Positions 9,818-20,120 of a stretch of DNA of 37,729 nucleotides are shown here, piece by piece (within the stretch, counting starts at the first letter, position 1; every line of letters begins with the position of its first letter). This stretch comes from Escherichia coli (lineage in GTDB: Bacteria > Pseudomonadota > Gammaproteobacteria > Enterobacterales > Enterobacteriaceae): the NCBI RefSeq assembly GCF_003334405.1, contig NZ_QOWM01000026.1. One strand, 5' to 3'. The notes under the pieces were generated by a model, which ran no database searches, was not told where the DNA came from, and was given only the letters and a program-made list of their open reading frames with translations. A program made the position numbers and the translations under genes.

Positions 9818-10840
9818 GTGACCTTCTGGAGTATTTTACGCCAACGCTGCTGGGGGCTGGTGCTCGTGGTGGCGGGCGTCTGCGTGATTACGTTTATTAT
9901 CTCGCATCTGATCCCTGGTGATCCGGCGCGGTTACTGGCGGGTGACCGCGCCAGCGATGCTATCGTGGAAAATATTCGCCAGCAACTGGGACTGGACCAG
10001 CCACTGTATGTACAGTTTTACCGCTACGTCAGCGACCTGTTTCATGGTGACCTGGGAACATCCATTCGTACCGGGCGTCCGGTGCTGGAAGAGTTGCGTA
10101 TATTTTTCCCGGCGACGCTGGAGCTGGCTTTTGGTGCCCTGCTGCTGGCACTCCTGATTGGCATCCCGCTGGGCATACTCTCTGCAGTCTGGCGAAATCG
10201 CTGGCTGGATCATCTGGTGCGAATAATGGCCATTACCGGAATCTCCACACCTGCGTTCTGGCTTGGGCTGGGCGTCATTGTGCTGTTTTATGGTCATCTG
10301 CAAATTCTTCCCGGCGGCGGAAGGCTTGATGACTGGCTGGATCCACCAACGCACGTTACCGGCTTTTATCTGCTCGATGCGCTGCTTGAAGGCAACGGTG
10401 AAGTCTTCTTCAATGCGTTGCAACATCTCATCTTACCGGCATTAACGCTGGCGTTCGTTCACCTGGGAATTGTCGCTCGCCAGATCCGCTCAGCGATGCT
10501 GGAACAATTGAGTGAAGACTACATTCGTACCGCCCGGGCCAGCGGCTTGCCCGGCTGGTATATCGTTTTATGTTATGCGCTACCCAATGCGTTGATCCCA
10601 TCGATTACCGTATTGGGTTTGGCGCTGGGCGATTTGTTGTATGGCGCAGTGCTCACCGAAACCGTTTTTGCCTGGCCCGGAATGGGTGCATGGGTAGTAA
10701 CATCAATACAGGCGCTCGACTTCCCGGCAGTGATGGGCTTTGCCGTCGTGGTTTCATTTGCTTATGTGCTGGTCAACCTGGTGGTGGATTTGCTCTATTT
10801 GTGGATTGATCCGCGTATCGGACGTGGAGGTGGTGAATGA
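9818..10840 (+). CDS. ddpB: ABC transporter permease
   Basis: ORF track 340 aa; GTG start 2 nt after ddpA stop; DppB-like permease. Confidence 0.9.
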   Translation: MTFWSILRQRCWGLVLVVAGVCVITFIISHLIPGDPARLLAGDRASDAIVENIRQQLGLDQPLYVQFYRYVSDLFHGDLGTSIRTGRPVLEELRIFFPATLELAFGALLLALLIGIPLGILSAVWRNRWLDHLVRIMAITGISTPAFWLGLGVIVLFYGHLQILPGGGRLDDWLDPPTHVTGFYLLDALLEGNGEVFFNALQHLILPALTLAFVHLGIVARQIRSAMLEQLSEDYIRTARASGLPGWYIVLCYALPNALIPSITVLGLALGDLLYGAVLTETVFAWPGMGAWVVTSIQALDFPAVMGFAVVVSFAYVLVNLVVDLLYLWIDPRIGRGGGE

Positions 10841-11733
10841 TGCTAAGCGAGGAAACGTCCGCCGTACGCCCACAAAAACAAACGCGATTTAACGGTGCAA
10901 AACTGGTATGGATGCTGAAAGGCAGTCCGCTCACCGTGACCAGCGCAGTCATCATTGTATTAATGCTATTGATGATGATTTTTTCACCGTGGCTGGCGAC
11001 GCATGATCCCAACGCCATTGATTTAACCGCCCGCCTTTTGCCGCCTTCTGCGGCGCACTGGTTTGGCACCGATGAAGTGGGACGCGATCTGTTTAGCCGC
11101 GTACTGGTCGGCAGTCAGCAATCAATTCTCGCCGGATTAGTCGTGGTTGCCATTGCGGGTATGATTGGTTCGCTACTCGGATGTCTATCCGGTGTGCTTG
11201 GTGGACGCGCAGACGCCATCATCATGCGCATCATGGACATTATGCTGTCGATTCCTTCGTTGGTACTGACAATGGCACTGGCTGCCGCTCTCGGGCCGAG
11301 TTTGTTTAACGCCATGCTGGCTATTGCTATTGTGCGAATTCCCTTTTATGTGCGCCTGGCGCGGGGGCAAGCATTAGTTGTACGCCAGTATACCTATGTT
11401 CAGGCGGCGAAAACCTTTGGCGCGTCTCGTTGGCATCTGATCAACTGGCATATTTTACGTAACTCCCTACCGCCGCTGATCGTGCAGGCATCGCTGGATA
11501 TCGGTAGCGCGATTTTAATGGCCGCCACGTTGGGATTTATTGGCCTGGGTGCTCAACAACCGAGTGCTGAATGGGGCGCGATGGTAGCAAATGGTCGCAA
11601 CTATGTACTCGATCAGTGGTGGTATTGCGCATTTCCGGGGGCAGCGATTTTGCTTACCGCCGTCGGGTTTAATCTCTTTGGTGATGGTATTCGCGATCTG
11701 CTTGACCCGAAAGCAGGAGGAAAGCAGTCATGA
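10837..11733 (+). CDS. ddpC: ABC transporter permease
   Basis: ORF track 298 aa; ATG overlaps ddpB stop (ATGA); DppC-like permease. Confidence 0.9.
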   Translation: MMLSEETSAVRPQKQTRFNGAKLVWMLKGSPLTVTSAVIIVLMLLMMIFSPWLATHDPNAIDLTARLLPPSAAHWFGTDEVGRDLFSRVLVGSQQSILAGLVVVAIAGMIGSLLGCLSGVLGGRADAIIMRIMDIMLSIPSLVLTMALAAALGPSLFNAMLAIAIVRIPFYVRLARGQALVVRQYTYVQAAKTFGASRWHLINWHILRNSLPPLIVQASLDIGSAILMAATLGFIGLGAQQPSAEWGAMVANGRNYVLDQWWYCAFPGAAILLTAVGFNLFGDGIRDLLDPKAGGKQS

Positions 11734-12716
11734 CCCAACCCGTTCTGGACATTCAACAACTGCATTTGAGTTTCCCCGGTTTTAACGGTGATGTTCACGC
11801 GCTCAACAATGTGTCCTTGCAGATTAACCGCGGTGAAATTGTCGGTCTGGTGGGAGAATCCGGCTCAGGTAAATCAGTCACCGCAATGCTGATTATGCGT
11901 CTGCTACCGACGGGCAGTTATTGCGTACATCGGGGGCAGATTTCCCTGCTGGGAGAAGATGTTCTTAACGCGCGGGAAAAACAGCTTCGTCAGTGGCGCG
12001 GCGCACGAGTGGCGATGATCTTTCAGGAACCGATGACCGCCCTCAATCCGACACGTCGAATAGGTCTTCAGATGATGGACGTGATCCGCCATCATCAACC
12101 AATAAGTCGTCGGGAAGCCAGAGCTAAAGCGATTGACCTGCTGGAAGAGATGCAAATCCCGGATGCCGTGGAAGTTATGTCGCGCTATCCGTTTGAGCTT
12201 TCAGGTGGTATGCGCCAGCGGGTAATGATTGCGCTGGCATTCTCCTGCGAGCCGCAATTGATTATTGCCGACGAACCGACTACGGCGCTGGACGTCACGG
12301 TGCAGTTGCAGGTACTGCGTTTGCTTAAACATAAAGCCCGCGCCAGTGGAACTGCGGTTCTGTTCATCAGCCATGATATGGCCGTGGTGTCGCAACTGTG
12401 CGATAGCGTTTACGTGATGTATGCCGGAAGCGTAATTGAAAGCGGCGTGACGGCAGACGTTATCCATCATCCCCGGCATCCGTATACCATTGGTTTGCTG
12501 CAATGCGCACCAGAACATGGAGTACCACGCCAGCTATTACCCGCCATTCCAGGGACGGTACCAAACCTCACCCATTTGCCTGACGGCTGCGCTTTTCGCG
12601 ATCGTTGCTATGCGGCAGGTGCACAGTGTGAAAACGTCCCGGCGCTGACAGCGTGTGGTGACAACAACCAGCGCTGTGCCTGTTGGTATCCGCAGCAGGA
12701 GGTTATAAGTGTCTGA
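11730..12716 (+). CDS. ddpD: ABC transporter ATP-binding protein
   Basis: ORF track 328 aa; Walker A GESGSGKS; AGGAGG upstream of ATG; start overlaps ddpC stop. Confidence 0.92.
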   Translation: MTQPVLDIQQLHLSFPGFNGDVHALNNVSLQINRGEIVGLVGESGSGKSVTAMLIMRLLPTGSYCVHRGQISLLGEDVLNAREKQLRQWRGARVAMIFQEPMTALNPTRRIGLQMMDVIRHHQPISRREARAKAIDLLEEMQIPDAVEVMSRYPFELSGGMRQRVMIALAFSCEPQLIIADEPTTALDVTVQLQVLRLLKHKARASGTAVLFISHDMAVVSQLCDSVYVMYAGSVIESGVTADVIHHPRHPYTIGLLQCAPEHGVPRQLLPAIPGTVPNLTHLPDGCAFRDRCYAAGAQCENVPALTACGDNNQRCACWYPQQEVISV

Positions 12717-13635
12717 CACGTTATTAACGTTACGCGACGTCCATATCAATTTCCCGGCCCGTAAAAACTGGCTTGGTAAAACTACGGAACATGTTCATGC
12801 CATTAATGGTATTGATTTACAGATCCGCCGTGGTGAAACCTTAGGGATCGTCGGCGAGTCAGGCTGCGGCAAAAGCACCCTCGCACAGCTTTTAATGGGT
12901 ATGCTGCAACCGAGCCACGGGCAGTACATCCGTTCTGGCTCACAACGCATTATGCAGATGGTGTTTCAGGACCCGCTCTCTTCGCTTAATCCGCGCTTAC
13001 CGGTGTGGCGCATCATCACAGAACCGCTCTGGATAGCTAAGCGTAGTAGTGAACAACAGCGGCGAGCGTTGGCAGAGGAGTTGGCTGTGCAGGTGGGTAT
13101 TCGTCCGGAGTATCTCGACCGCCTGCCTCATGCGTTCTCCGGCGGGCAGCGGCAACGTATCGCCATTGCCAGAGCACTCTCTTCGCAGCCTGACGTGATT
13201 GTGCTTGATGAGCCAACCTCTGCGCTGGATATCTCCGTTCAGGCGCAGATCCTCAATTTACTGGTAACGCTACAGGAAAATCACGGGCTGACCTATGTGC
13301 TGATTTCACACAATGTCTCGGTGATACGTCATATGAGCGATCGGGTGGCGGTGATGTATCTCGGGCAGATTGTAGAACTGGGCGACGCGCAGCAGGTGCT
13401 GACGGCACCTGCACATCCATACACCCGATTATTGCTGGATTCCCTCCCCGCCATTGATAAACCGCTGGAGGAAGAATGGGCATTACGTAAAACGGATCTG
13501 CCGGGAAACCGCACGTTGCCGCAAGGCTGTTTTTTCTACGAACGTTGCCCGCTGGCAACCCACGGATGTGAAGTCCGGCAATCATTAGCAATAAGGGAGG
13601 ACGGACGTGAGCTCCGGTGCTGGCGGGCGCTGTAG
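12709..13635 (+). CDS. ddpF: ABC transporter ATP-binding protein
   Basis: ORF track 308 aa; GTG start with AGGAGG upstream; Walker A GESGCGKS; overlaps ddpD end. Confidence 0.92.
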   Translation: MSDTLLTLRDVHINFPARKNWLGKTTEHVHAINGIDLQIRRGETLGIVGESGCGKSTLAQLLMGMLQPSHGQYIRSGSQRIMQMVFQDPLSSLNPRLPVWRIITEPLWIAKRSSEQQRRALAEELAVQVGIRPEYLDRLPHAFSGGQRQRIAIARALSSQPDVIVLDEPTSALDISVQAQILNLLVTLQENHGLTYVLISHNVSVIRHMSDRVAVMYLGQIVELGDAQQVLTAPAHPYTRLLLDSLPAIDKPLEEEWALRKTDLPGNRTLPQGCFFYERCPLATHGCEVRQSLAIREDGRELRCWRAL

Positions 13636-13647
13636 AGATGCTAACAA

Positions 13648-13684
13648 CGCATCAGGCATTCACGCGCCTGACGCGTCATCCGGC
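13648..13684. repeat. REP-like palindromic element between convergent ddpF and osmC
   Basis: Imperfect hairpin cgcatcaggc / gcctgacgcg followed by tcatccggca, resembling the REP copies elsewhere in the window. Confidence 0.4.
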
Positions 13685-13690
13685 AATGCT

Positions 13691-14122
13691 TTACGATTTC
13701 AACTGGTAATCCAGCGTAATTTCCGCTTTCAGTACCTGAGAGACCGGGCATCCTGCTTTTGCTTTCTGGATTATGCCGTCAAAGGTAGAGGCATCAATAC
13801 CCGGCACCGCAACTTCACTCTTCAGTGCGATTTTCGTAATCGCAAAACCGGCATCCACTTTATCCAGCGACACATCGGCGGTGGTATCAATCGATGTTGG
13901 CGTGAATCCCGCTTCCCCCAGCATTAATGAAAGCGCCATTGAGAAACATGCGGCATGCGCTGCGCCAATCAGTTCTTCAGGGTTGGTTCCTTTTTCGCCT
14001 TCAAAACGCGTGTTAAATCCATACGGCTGTTGGTTCAGCACGCCACTCTCGGTGGATACTGTTCCCTTCCCGCGTTTGATATCGCCTTCCCAGTGTGCCT
14101 GACCTTTCTTATGGATTGTCAT
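13691..14122 (-). CDS. osmC: osmotically inducible peroxiredoxin (OsmC/Ohr family)
   Basis: ORF track 143 aa, recognised as OsmC. Confidence 0.95.
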   Translation of the reverse strand: MTIHKKGQAHWEGDIKRGKGTVSTESGVLNQQPYGFNTRFEGEKGTNPEELIGAAHAACFSMALSLMLGEAGFTPTSIDTTADVSLDKVDAGFAITKIALKSEVAVPGIDASTFDGIIQKAKAGCPVSQVLKAEITLDYQLKS

Positions 14123-14466
14123 TGTTGCTCTCCTGTGGGCTTAAAAAGGAAATTATAGACTACGTGAGAAACAGCACGAGGATAAGCAGGATATTCCGAA
14201 TAAAATCCGGCGAAAATATTACTTCTGCACTTAAATTAAATTCCCACAATAGATTACCGGGAATATATAACCCAAAAGATATTGTATCAATATTAATCGG
14301 ATCATACCAATCACAATCCCTATGAATATCATGGTGTTAAAATATAAAAATCATCAACCAGGACTAATCTTAACAACGAAGCGGCAAATATTTGCCATGC
14401 TGAATGTGCTTTATAAATCTGCGATCCGTAGCAGACACCATAAATACACAGACACGGAGAATCACT

Positions 14467-14682
14467 ATGTTTACTTATTATCAGGCAGAAAATTCAACAG
14501 CAGAACCCGCTCTGGTTAATGCCATTGAGCAAGGCCTTCGGGCACAGCATGGTGTTGTCACTGAAGATGACATTCTCATGGAGCTGACCAAATGGGTTGA
14601 AGCTTCTGATAACGACATCCTCAGTGATATCTACCAGCAAACGATCAATTATGTGGTCAGTGGCCAGCACCCTACGCTTTAA
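14467..14682 (+). CDS. bdm: biofilm-dependent modulation protein
   Basis: Within ORF track 14404..14682; start at ATG 14467 (MFTYYQAENSTAEP..., 71 aa) with GGAGA upstream. Confidence 0.85.
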   Translation: MFTYYQAENSTAEPALVNAIEQGLRAQHGVVTEDDILMELTKWVEASDNDILSDIYQQTINYVVSGQHPTL

Positions 14683-14783
14683 GGTGCTATGCTTGATCGG
14701 CAACCTAATTTAGGGGTTTAGCACGTGTTTCTTCGCTACGGCGATGTTGTCCTTAAAACTAGCTACAGGATTGAGGAGTTAAA

Positions 14784-14921
14784 ATGAAATCGAACCGTCA
14801 GGCACGTCATATTCTTGGACTGGACCATAAAATTTCTAACCAGCGCAAAATAGTTACCGAAGGTGACAAATCCAGCGTAGTAAATAACCCAACCGGCAGA
14901 AAACGCCCCGCTGAAAAGTAA
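14784..14921 (+). CDS. sra: stationary-phase-induced ribosome-associated protein (45 aa)
   Basis: Not in ORF track (too short); hand translation from ATG 14784 gives [49 protein letters not shown]; GAGGAG upstream. Confidence 0.85.
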
Positions 14922-14951
14922 TTCATAACCATCAGTCCTCAATGACGATTA

Positions 14952-14986
14952 AACACCATTGCCTGCGCAATGGTGTTTTTGTTTTT
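14952..14986 (+). terminator. rho-independent terminator after sra
   Basis: 10-bp stem aacaccattg / caatggtgtt, 6-nt loop, followed by TTTTTGTTTTT. Confidence 0.75.
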
Positions 14987-15077
14987 ATCTGCTTTATACT
15001 TGAGGCCGACGCCCTGGCGGTAAAGCAAAGACGATAAAAGCCCCCCAGGGATGGATATTCAAAAAAGAGTGAGTGAC

Positions 15078-16775
15078 ATGGAACCAAAAACAAAAAAACA
15101 GCGTTCGCTTTATATCCCTTACGCTGGCCCTGTACTGCTGGAATTTCCGTTGTTGAATAAAGGCAGTGCCTTCAGCATGGAAGAACGCCGTAACTTCAAC
15201 CTGCTGGGGTTACTGCCGGAAGTGGTCGAAACCATCGAAGAACAAGCGGAACGAGCATGGATCCAGTATCAGGGATTCAAAACCGAAATCGACAAACACA
15301 TCTACCTGCGTAACATCCAGGACACTAACGAAACCCTCTTCTACCGTCTGGTAAACAATCATCTTGATGAGATGATGCCTGTTATTTATACCCCAACCGT
15401 CGGCGCAGCCTGTGAGCGTTTTTCTGAGATCTACCGCCGTTCACGCGGCGTGTTTATCTCTTACCAGAACCGGCACAATATGGACGATATTCTGCAAAAC
15501 GTGCCGAACCATAATATTAAAGTGATTGTGGTGACTGACGGTGAACGCATTCTGGGGCTTGGTGACCAGGGCATCGGCGGGATGGGCATTCCGATCGGTA
15601 AACTGTCGCTCTATACCGCCTGTGGCGGCATCAGCCCGGCGTATACCCTTCCGGTGGTGCTGGATGTCGGAACGAACAACCAACAGCTGCTTAACGATCC
15701 GCTGTATATGGGCTGGCGTAATCCGCGTATCACTGACGACGAATACTATGAATTCGTTGATGAATTTATCCAGGCTGTGAAACAACGCTGGCCAGACGTG
15801 CTGTTGCAGTTTGAAGACTTTGCTCAAAAAAATGCGATGCCGTTACTTAACCGCTATCGCAATGAAATTTGTTCTTTTAACGATGACATTCAGGGCACTG
15901 CGGCGGTAACAGTCGGCACACTGATCGCAGCAAGCCGCGCGGCAGGTGGTCAGTTAAGCGAGAAAAAAATCGTCTTCCTTGGCGCAGGTTCAGCGGGATG
16001 CGGCATTGCCGAAATGATCATCTCCCAGACCCAGCGCGAAGGATTAAGCGAGGAAGCGGCGCGGCAGAAAGTCTTTATGGTCGATCGCTTTGGCTTGCTG
16101 ACTGACAAGATGCCGAACCTGCTGCCTTTCCAGACCAAACTGGTGCAGAAGCGCGAAAACCTCAGTGACTGGGATACCGACAGCGATGTGCTGTCACTGC
16201 TGGATGTGGTGCGCAATGTAAAACCAGATATTCTGATTGGCGTCTCAGGACAGACCGGGCTGTTTACGGAAGAGATCATCCGTGAGATGCATAAACACTG
16301 TCCGCGTCCGATCGTGATGCCGCTGTCTAACCCGACGTCACGCGTGGAAGCCACACCGCAGGACATTATCGCCTGGACCGAAGGTAACGCGCTGGTCGCC
16401 ACGGGCAGCCCGTTTAATCCAGTGGTATGGAAAGATAAAATCTACCCTATCGCCCAGTGTAACAACGCCTTTATTTTCCCGGGCATCGGCCTGGGTGTTA
16501 TTGCTTCCGGCGCGTCACGTATCACCGATGAGATGCTGATGTCGGCAAGTGAAACGCTGGCGCAGTATTCACCATTGGTGCTGAACGGCGAAGGTATGGT
16601 ACTGCCGGAACTGAAAGATATTCAGAAAGTCTCCCGCGCAATTGCGTTTGCGGTTGGCAAAATGGCGCAGCAGCAAGGCGTGGCGGTGAAAACCTCTGCC
16701 GAAGCCCTGCAACAGGCCATTGACGATAATTTCTGGCAAGCCGAATACCGCGACTACCGCCGTACCTCCATCTAA
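15078..16775 (+). CDS. maeA: NAD-dependent malic enzyme
   Basis: ORF track 574 aa from 15051; I use ATG 15078 ([14 protein letters not shown]..., 565 aa), the N-terminus I recall for MaeA/SfcA; start choice is uncertain by 9 codons. Confidence 0.9.
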   Translation: MEPKTKKQRSLYIPYAGPVLLEFPLLNKGSAFSMEERRNFNLLGLLPEVVETIEEQAERAWIQYQGFKTEIDKHIYLRNIQDTNETLFYRLVNNHLDEMMPVIYTPTVGAACERFSEIYRRSRGVFISYQNRHNMDDILQNVPNHNIKVIVVTDGERILGLGDQGIGGMGIPIGKLSLYTACGGISPAYTLPVVLDVGTNNQQLLNDPLYMGWRNPRITDDEYYEFVDEFIQAVKQRWPDVLLQFEDFAQKNAMPLLNRYRNEICSFNDDIQGTAAVTVGTLIAASRAAGGQLSEKKIVFLGAGSAGCGIAEMIISQTQREGLSEEAARQKVFMVDRFGLLTDKMPNLLPFQTKLVQKRENLSDWDTDSDVLSLLDVVRNVKPDILIGVSGQTGLFTEEIIREMHKHCPRPIVMPLSNPTSRVEATPQDIIAWTEGNALVATGSPFNPVVWKDKIYPIAQCNNAFIFPGIGLGVIASGASRITDEMLMSASETLAQYSPLVLNGEGMVLPELKDIQKVSRAIAFAVGKMAQQQGVAVKTSAEALQQAIDDNFWQAEYRDYRRTSI

Positions 16776-16781
16776 GCCTGC

Positions 16782-16810
16782 GCCCGGTAGTGAAGGCTAC
16801 CGGGCTATTT
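16782..16810 (+). terminator. candidate terminator after maeA
   Basis: 9-bp stem gcccggtag / ctaccgggc with 6-nt loop, followed by T-rich tatttccctctccctttttc. Confidence 0.5.
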
Positions 16811-16908
16811 CCCTCTCCCTTTTTCAGATCTCATCCATACTGGGTAGTGGCGAATAAATCTCATTTGCCTCACCTGCTATGCAGAACATCATCCGAAAAG
16901 GAGGAACT

Positions 16909-17919
16909 ATGAAGGCTGCAGTTGTTACGAAGGATCATCATGTTGACGTTACGTATAAAACACTGCGCTCACTGAAACATGGCGAAGCCCTGCTGAAAAT
17001 GGAGTGTTGTGGTGTATGTCATACCGATCTTCATGTTAAGAATGGCGATTTTGGTGACAAAACCGGCGTAATTCTGGGCCATGAAGGCATCGGTGTGGTG
17101 GCAGAAGTGGGTCCAGGTGTCACCTCATTAAAACCAGGCGATCGTGCCAGCGTGGCGTGGTTCTACGAAGGATGCGGTCATTGCGAATACTGTAACAGTG
17201 GTAACGAAACGCTCTGCCGTTCAGTTAAAAATGCCGGATACAGCGTTGATGGCGGGATGGCGGAAGAGTGCATCGTGGTCGCCGATTACGCGGTAAAAGT
17301 GCCAGATGGTCTGGACTCGGCGGCGGCCAGCAGCATTACCTGTGCGGGAGTCACCACCTACAAAGCCGTTAAGCTGTCAAAAATTCGTCCAGGGCAGTGG
17401 ATTGCTATCTACGGTCTTGGCGGTCTGGGTAACCTCGCCCTGCAATACGCGAAGAATGTCTTTAACGCCAAAGTGATCGCCATTGATGTCAATGATGAGC
17501 AGTTAAAACTGGCAACCGAAATGGGCGCAGATTTAGCGATTAACTCACACACCGAAGACGCCGCCAAAATTGTGCAGGAGAAAACTGGTGGCGCTCACGC
17601 TGCGGTGGTAACAGCGGTAGCTAAAGCTGCGTTTAACTCGGCAGTTGATGCTGTCCGTGCAGGCGGTCGTGTTGTGGCTGTCGGTCTACCGCCGGAGTCT
17701 ATGAGCCTGGATATCCCACGTCTTGTGCTGGATGGTATTGAAGTGGTCGGTTCGCTGGTCGGCACGCGCCAGGATTTAACTGAAGCCTTCCAGTTTGCCG
17801 CCGAAGGTAAAGTGGTGCCGAAAGTCGCCCTGCGTCCGTTAGCGGACATCAACACCATCTTTACTGAGATGGAAGAAGGCAAAATCCGTGGCCGCATGGT
17901 GATTGATTTCCGTCACTAA
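16909..17919 (+). CDS. adhP: zinc-dependent alcohol dehydrogenase (propanol-preferring)
   Basis: ORF track 346 aa from 16879; I use ATG 16909 ([11 protein letters not shown]..., 336 aa), which has GGAGG 6 nt upstream. Confidence 0.92.
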   Translation: MKAAVVTKDHHVDVTYKTLRSLKHGEALLKMECCGVCHTDLHVKNGDFGDKTGVILGHEGIGVVAEVGPGVTSLKPGDRASVAWFYEGCGHCEYCNSGNETLCRSVKNAGYSVDGGMAEECIVVADYAVKVPDGLDSAAASSITCAGVTTYKAVKLSKIRPGQWIAIYGLGGLGNLALQYAKNVFNAKVIAIDVNDEQLKLATEMGADLAINSHTEDAAKIVQEKTGGAHAAVVTAVAKAAFNSAVDAVRAGGRVVAVGLPPESMSLDIPRLVLDGIEVVGSLVGTRQDLTEAFQFAAEGKVVPKVALRPLADINTIFTEMEEGKIRGRMVIDFRH

Positions 17920-17928
17920 GAGGCCTTT

Positions 17929-17956
17929 GCTGCGACTGCCATGTTCGGGTCGCAGC
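17929..17956 (+). other. stem-loop downstream of adhP
   Basis: 8-bp inverted repeat gctgcgac / gtcgcagc with 12-nt loop; no U-tract, so terminator function is uncertain. Confidence 0.3.
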
Positions 17957-18064
17957 ATCGCACACTCTCCAACATGAAATGGCTAAATGGATTATTGTTG
18001 CGTAGGAAGGAACAATAATGATAGTGTTCCCAGTGAAGGAACGCTACTGAGAGTAAAGACACTA

Positions 18065-18349
18065 ATGAAAATGGCCAATCATCCCCGCCCGGGGGACATT
18101 ATTCAGGAATCACTGGACGAACTTAATGTCAGCCTGCGCGAGTTTGCCAGAGCAATGGAAATTGCTCCCTCAACGGCAAGCCGATTGCTGACAGGAAAAG
18201 CAGCTTTGACGCCAGAAATGGCGATTAAACTTTCCGTGGTGATCGGCAGTTCGCCGCAAATGTGGCTGAATCTGCAAAACGCCTGGAGTCTGGCAGAGGC
18301 AGAAAAAACAGTGGATGTGTCGCGATTACGCCGTCTGGTTACGCAATAA
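18065..18349 (+). CDS. yddM: HigA-like antitoxin / XRE-family HTH DNA-binding protein
   Basis: ORF track 120 aa from 17987; I use ATG 18065 ([14 protein letters not shown]..., 94 aa); helix-turn-helix segment [21 protein letters not shown]. Confidence 0.8.
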
Positions 18350-18350
18350 A

Positions 18351-18378
18351 AAAATGGCACTTTATAAAGCGCCATTTA
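18351..18378. terminator. hairpin terminator after yddM (copy A of a duplicated hairpin)
   Basis: aaaatggcac tttataaa gcgccattt: stem with one mismatch, flanked by A- and T-tracts. Confidence 0.5.
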
Positions 18379-18401
18379 GAACTGATGACAAACGCAACAT
18401 T

Positions 18402-18430
18402 GCCTGATGCGCTACGCTTATCAGGCCTAC
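18402..18430. repeat. REP element
   Basis: gcctgatgcgctacgcttatcaggcctac, classic REP palindrome; a 29-mer about 80 percent identical recurs at 35611. Confidence 0.8.
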
Positions 18431-18467
18431 ACGTTCACTGCAATCTATTGGATTTGAAGGGTTTTCA

Positions 18468-18499
18468 TGCCGGATAAGGCGTTCACGCCGCATCCGGCA
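18468..18499. repeat. REP element (opposite orientation), forming a BIME with 18402
   Basis: tgccggataaggcgttcacgccgcatccggca; a copy differing by one base recurs at 35655. Confidence 0.85.
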
Positions 18500-18528
18500 T
18501 GAACAAAGCCTACGTTGTCTACAATATG

Positions 18529-18556
18529 AAAATGGCGCCTTTTACAGCGCCATTTT
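18529..18556. terminator. bidirectional hairpin terminator after fdnI (copy B)
   Basis: Perfect 10-bp stem aaaatggcgc / gcgccatttt with 8-nt loop; 22 nt beyond fdnI stop. Confidence 0.65.
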
Positions 18557-18577
18557 CAGCTTAAAGTTCAAAAGAGA

Positions 18578-19231
18578 TTATATCCCTTCTTCACTCTCTT
18601 TTTTCGCTTCTGCCTTCTCGATTTCACGATACCAGCGCGGATGGTGTTTCTTCGCCCAGCGACGACTTACCTTCCCTTCGATCATCCCTTTAATCGATCC
18701 TTTCACCCAAAATGCCATATACATATGGATCAGGATGGCGTGGATCAGGATGATACCCGCAGCCGCGTGGATCAGCAGGCTGTAGCGAACAACCTGCATC
18801 GGGAAGTACTGCGCAAAGTACGGACGCCAGATAATCACCCCGGTCACCAGCAGCACGAAAATCATGCTCATGATCGACCAGAACATCATCTTTTGCCCGG
18901 CGTTGTACTTACCGACATCCGCCACTTTATGCTCATTGCCTTTCAATACTTCGACAATGTTCAACAGCCACGGAATATCTTTCTTATCCGGGATGTTGTG
19001 ATGCACAAAACGCACAAACATAAACATCAGTGCGACGAAAATCGCAATGCCGAAGAACGGGTGCAAAATGCGTCCCATCTGCGGCGTACCGAAGGTTTGC
19101 GTCAGCCATTGCAGCGTCGGGAAGAAGAACGAAATCCCGGACAGCGCCACCAGGAAGAAGCAAATCACCACGGTCCAGTGACAGGCGCGATCAATAAATT
19201 TGGTGCGCACAATCATTTTCGACTTACTCAT
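18578..19231 (-). CDS. fdnI: formate dehydrogenase-N gamma subunit (cytochrome b556)
   Basis: ORF track 231 aa; I use internal ATG ([12 protein letters not shown]..., 217 aa) preceded by AGGAGG; start overlaps fdnH stop. Confidence 0.92.
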
Positions 19232-20108
19232 GATGATCCTCCTCGTCATCGTCCACTTCCTTATTCGGGCCAATACCGATGTAGTGGAAAATCAACCCGG
19301 CAAAAGTGGCAATAAAGCCAGCCGCTGCCAGCGGTTTCAACGCGCCTTTCCACAGGCTTACCGAGGTGTCGATCTTCGGATCTTTCGGCAGACCGTGATA
19401 CAGCTCCGGCTGATCGGCGTGATGCAGCACGTACATAACGTGCGTACCACCGACCCCTTCCGGGTTGTAGACGCCAGCATGTTCGTAACCACGCGCTTTC
19501 AGTTTCGCCACGCGCTGTTCCGCCAGCTCCAGCATCTCCTTCTTGGTGCCGAAGTGGATAGCCCCGGTCGGACAGGTTTTCACACAAGCCGGTTCCTGGC
19601 CGACGCTGACGCGATCGACGCAGAGCGTGCATTTATATACCCGGTTATCCTCTTTGTTGAGGCGCGGAATATTAAACGGACACCCGGCAATGCAGTAACC
19701 ACAGCCGATGCAGTTTTCCGACTGGAAATCGACAATCCCGTTAGCGTACTGAATGATTGCACCAGCAGACGGGCACGCCTTCAGGCAGCCGGGATCTTCA
19801 CAGTGCATACAGCCGTCTTTACGGATCAGCCACTCCAGCTTGCCGTTCTGTTCGGTTTCGCTAAAGCGCATCACCGTCCAGGACTTGGCGCTCAGATCGG
19901 CGGGGTTATCGTAAACCCCGACGCAGTGCCCCACTTCATCACGGATGTCGTTCCACTCCGAACACGCCACCTGACAGGCTTTACAGCCGATACAGGTGGA
20001 AACGTCGATAAGTTTTGCGACTTCTGCTTTGTAATCACGCACCTGAGAAGGCGGCGTGATGGAGTTAGTTGCGGACCTTTTGATAATGTCCTGCGTTTCC
20101 ATAGCCAT
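19224..20108 (-). CDS. fdnH: formate dehydrogenase-N beta subunit (4Fe-4S ferredoxin-type)
   Basis: ORF track 294 aa; multiple CxxCxxCxxxCP ferredoxin motifs. Confidence 0.95.
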   Translation of the reverse strand: MAMETQDIIKRSATNSITPPSQVRDYKAEVAKLIDVSTCIGCKACQVACSEWNDIRDEVGHCVGVYDNPADLSAKSWTVMRFSETEQNGKLEWLIRKDGCMHCEDPGCLKACPSAGAIIQYANGIVDFQSENCIGCGYCIAGCPFNIPRLNKEDNRVYKCTLCVDRVSVGQEPACVKTCPTGAIHFGTKKEMLELAEQRVAKLKARGYEHAGVYNPEGVGGTHVMYVLHHADQPELYHGLPKDPKIDTSVSLWKGALKPLAAAGFIATFAGLIFHYIGIGPNKEVDDDEEDHHE

Positions 20109-20120
20109 CTGTTCGCCCCC

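Noticed and set aside
14095-14519. Small plus-strand ORFs (76 aa, 65 aa) in the osmC-bdm intergenic region
   Set aside because: AT-rich promoter region; ORFs lack convincing ribosome-binding sites and overlap the osmC 5-prime end and promoter
15051-15077. Longer maeA start at ATG 15051 (574 aa)
   Set aside because: I recall the MaeA N-terminus as MEPKTKK... (565 aa), so the internal ATG was preferred; uncertainty remains and is flagged in the feature
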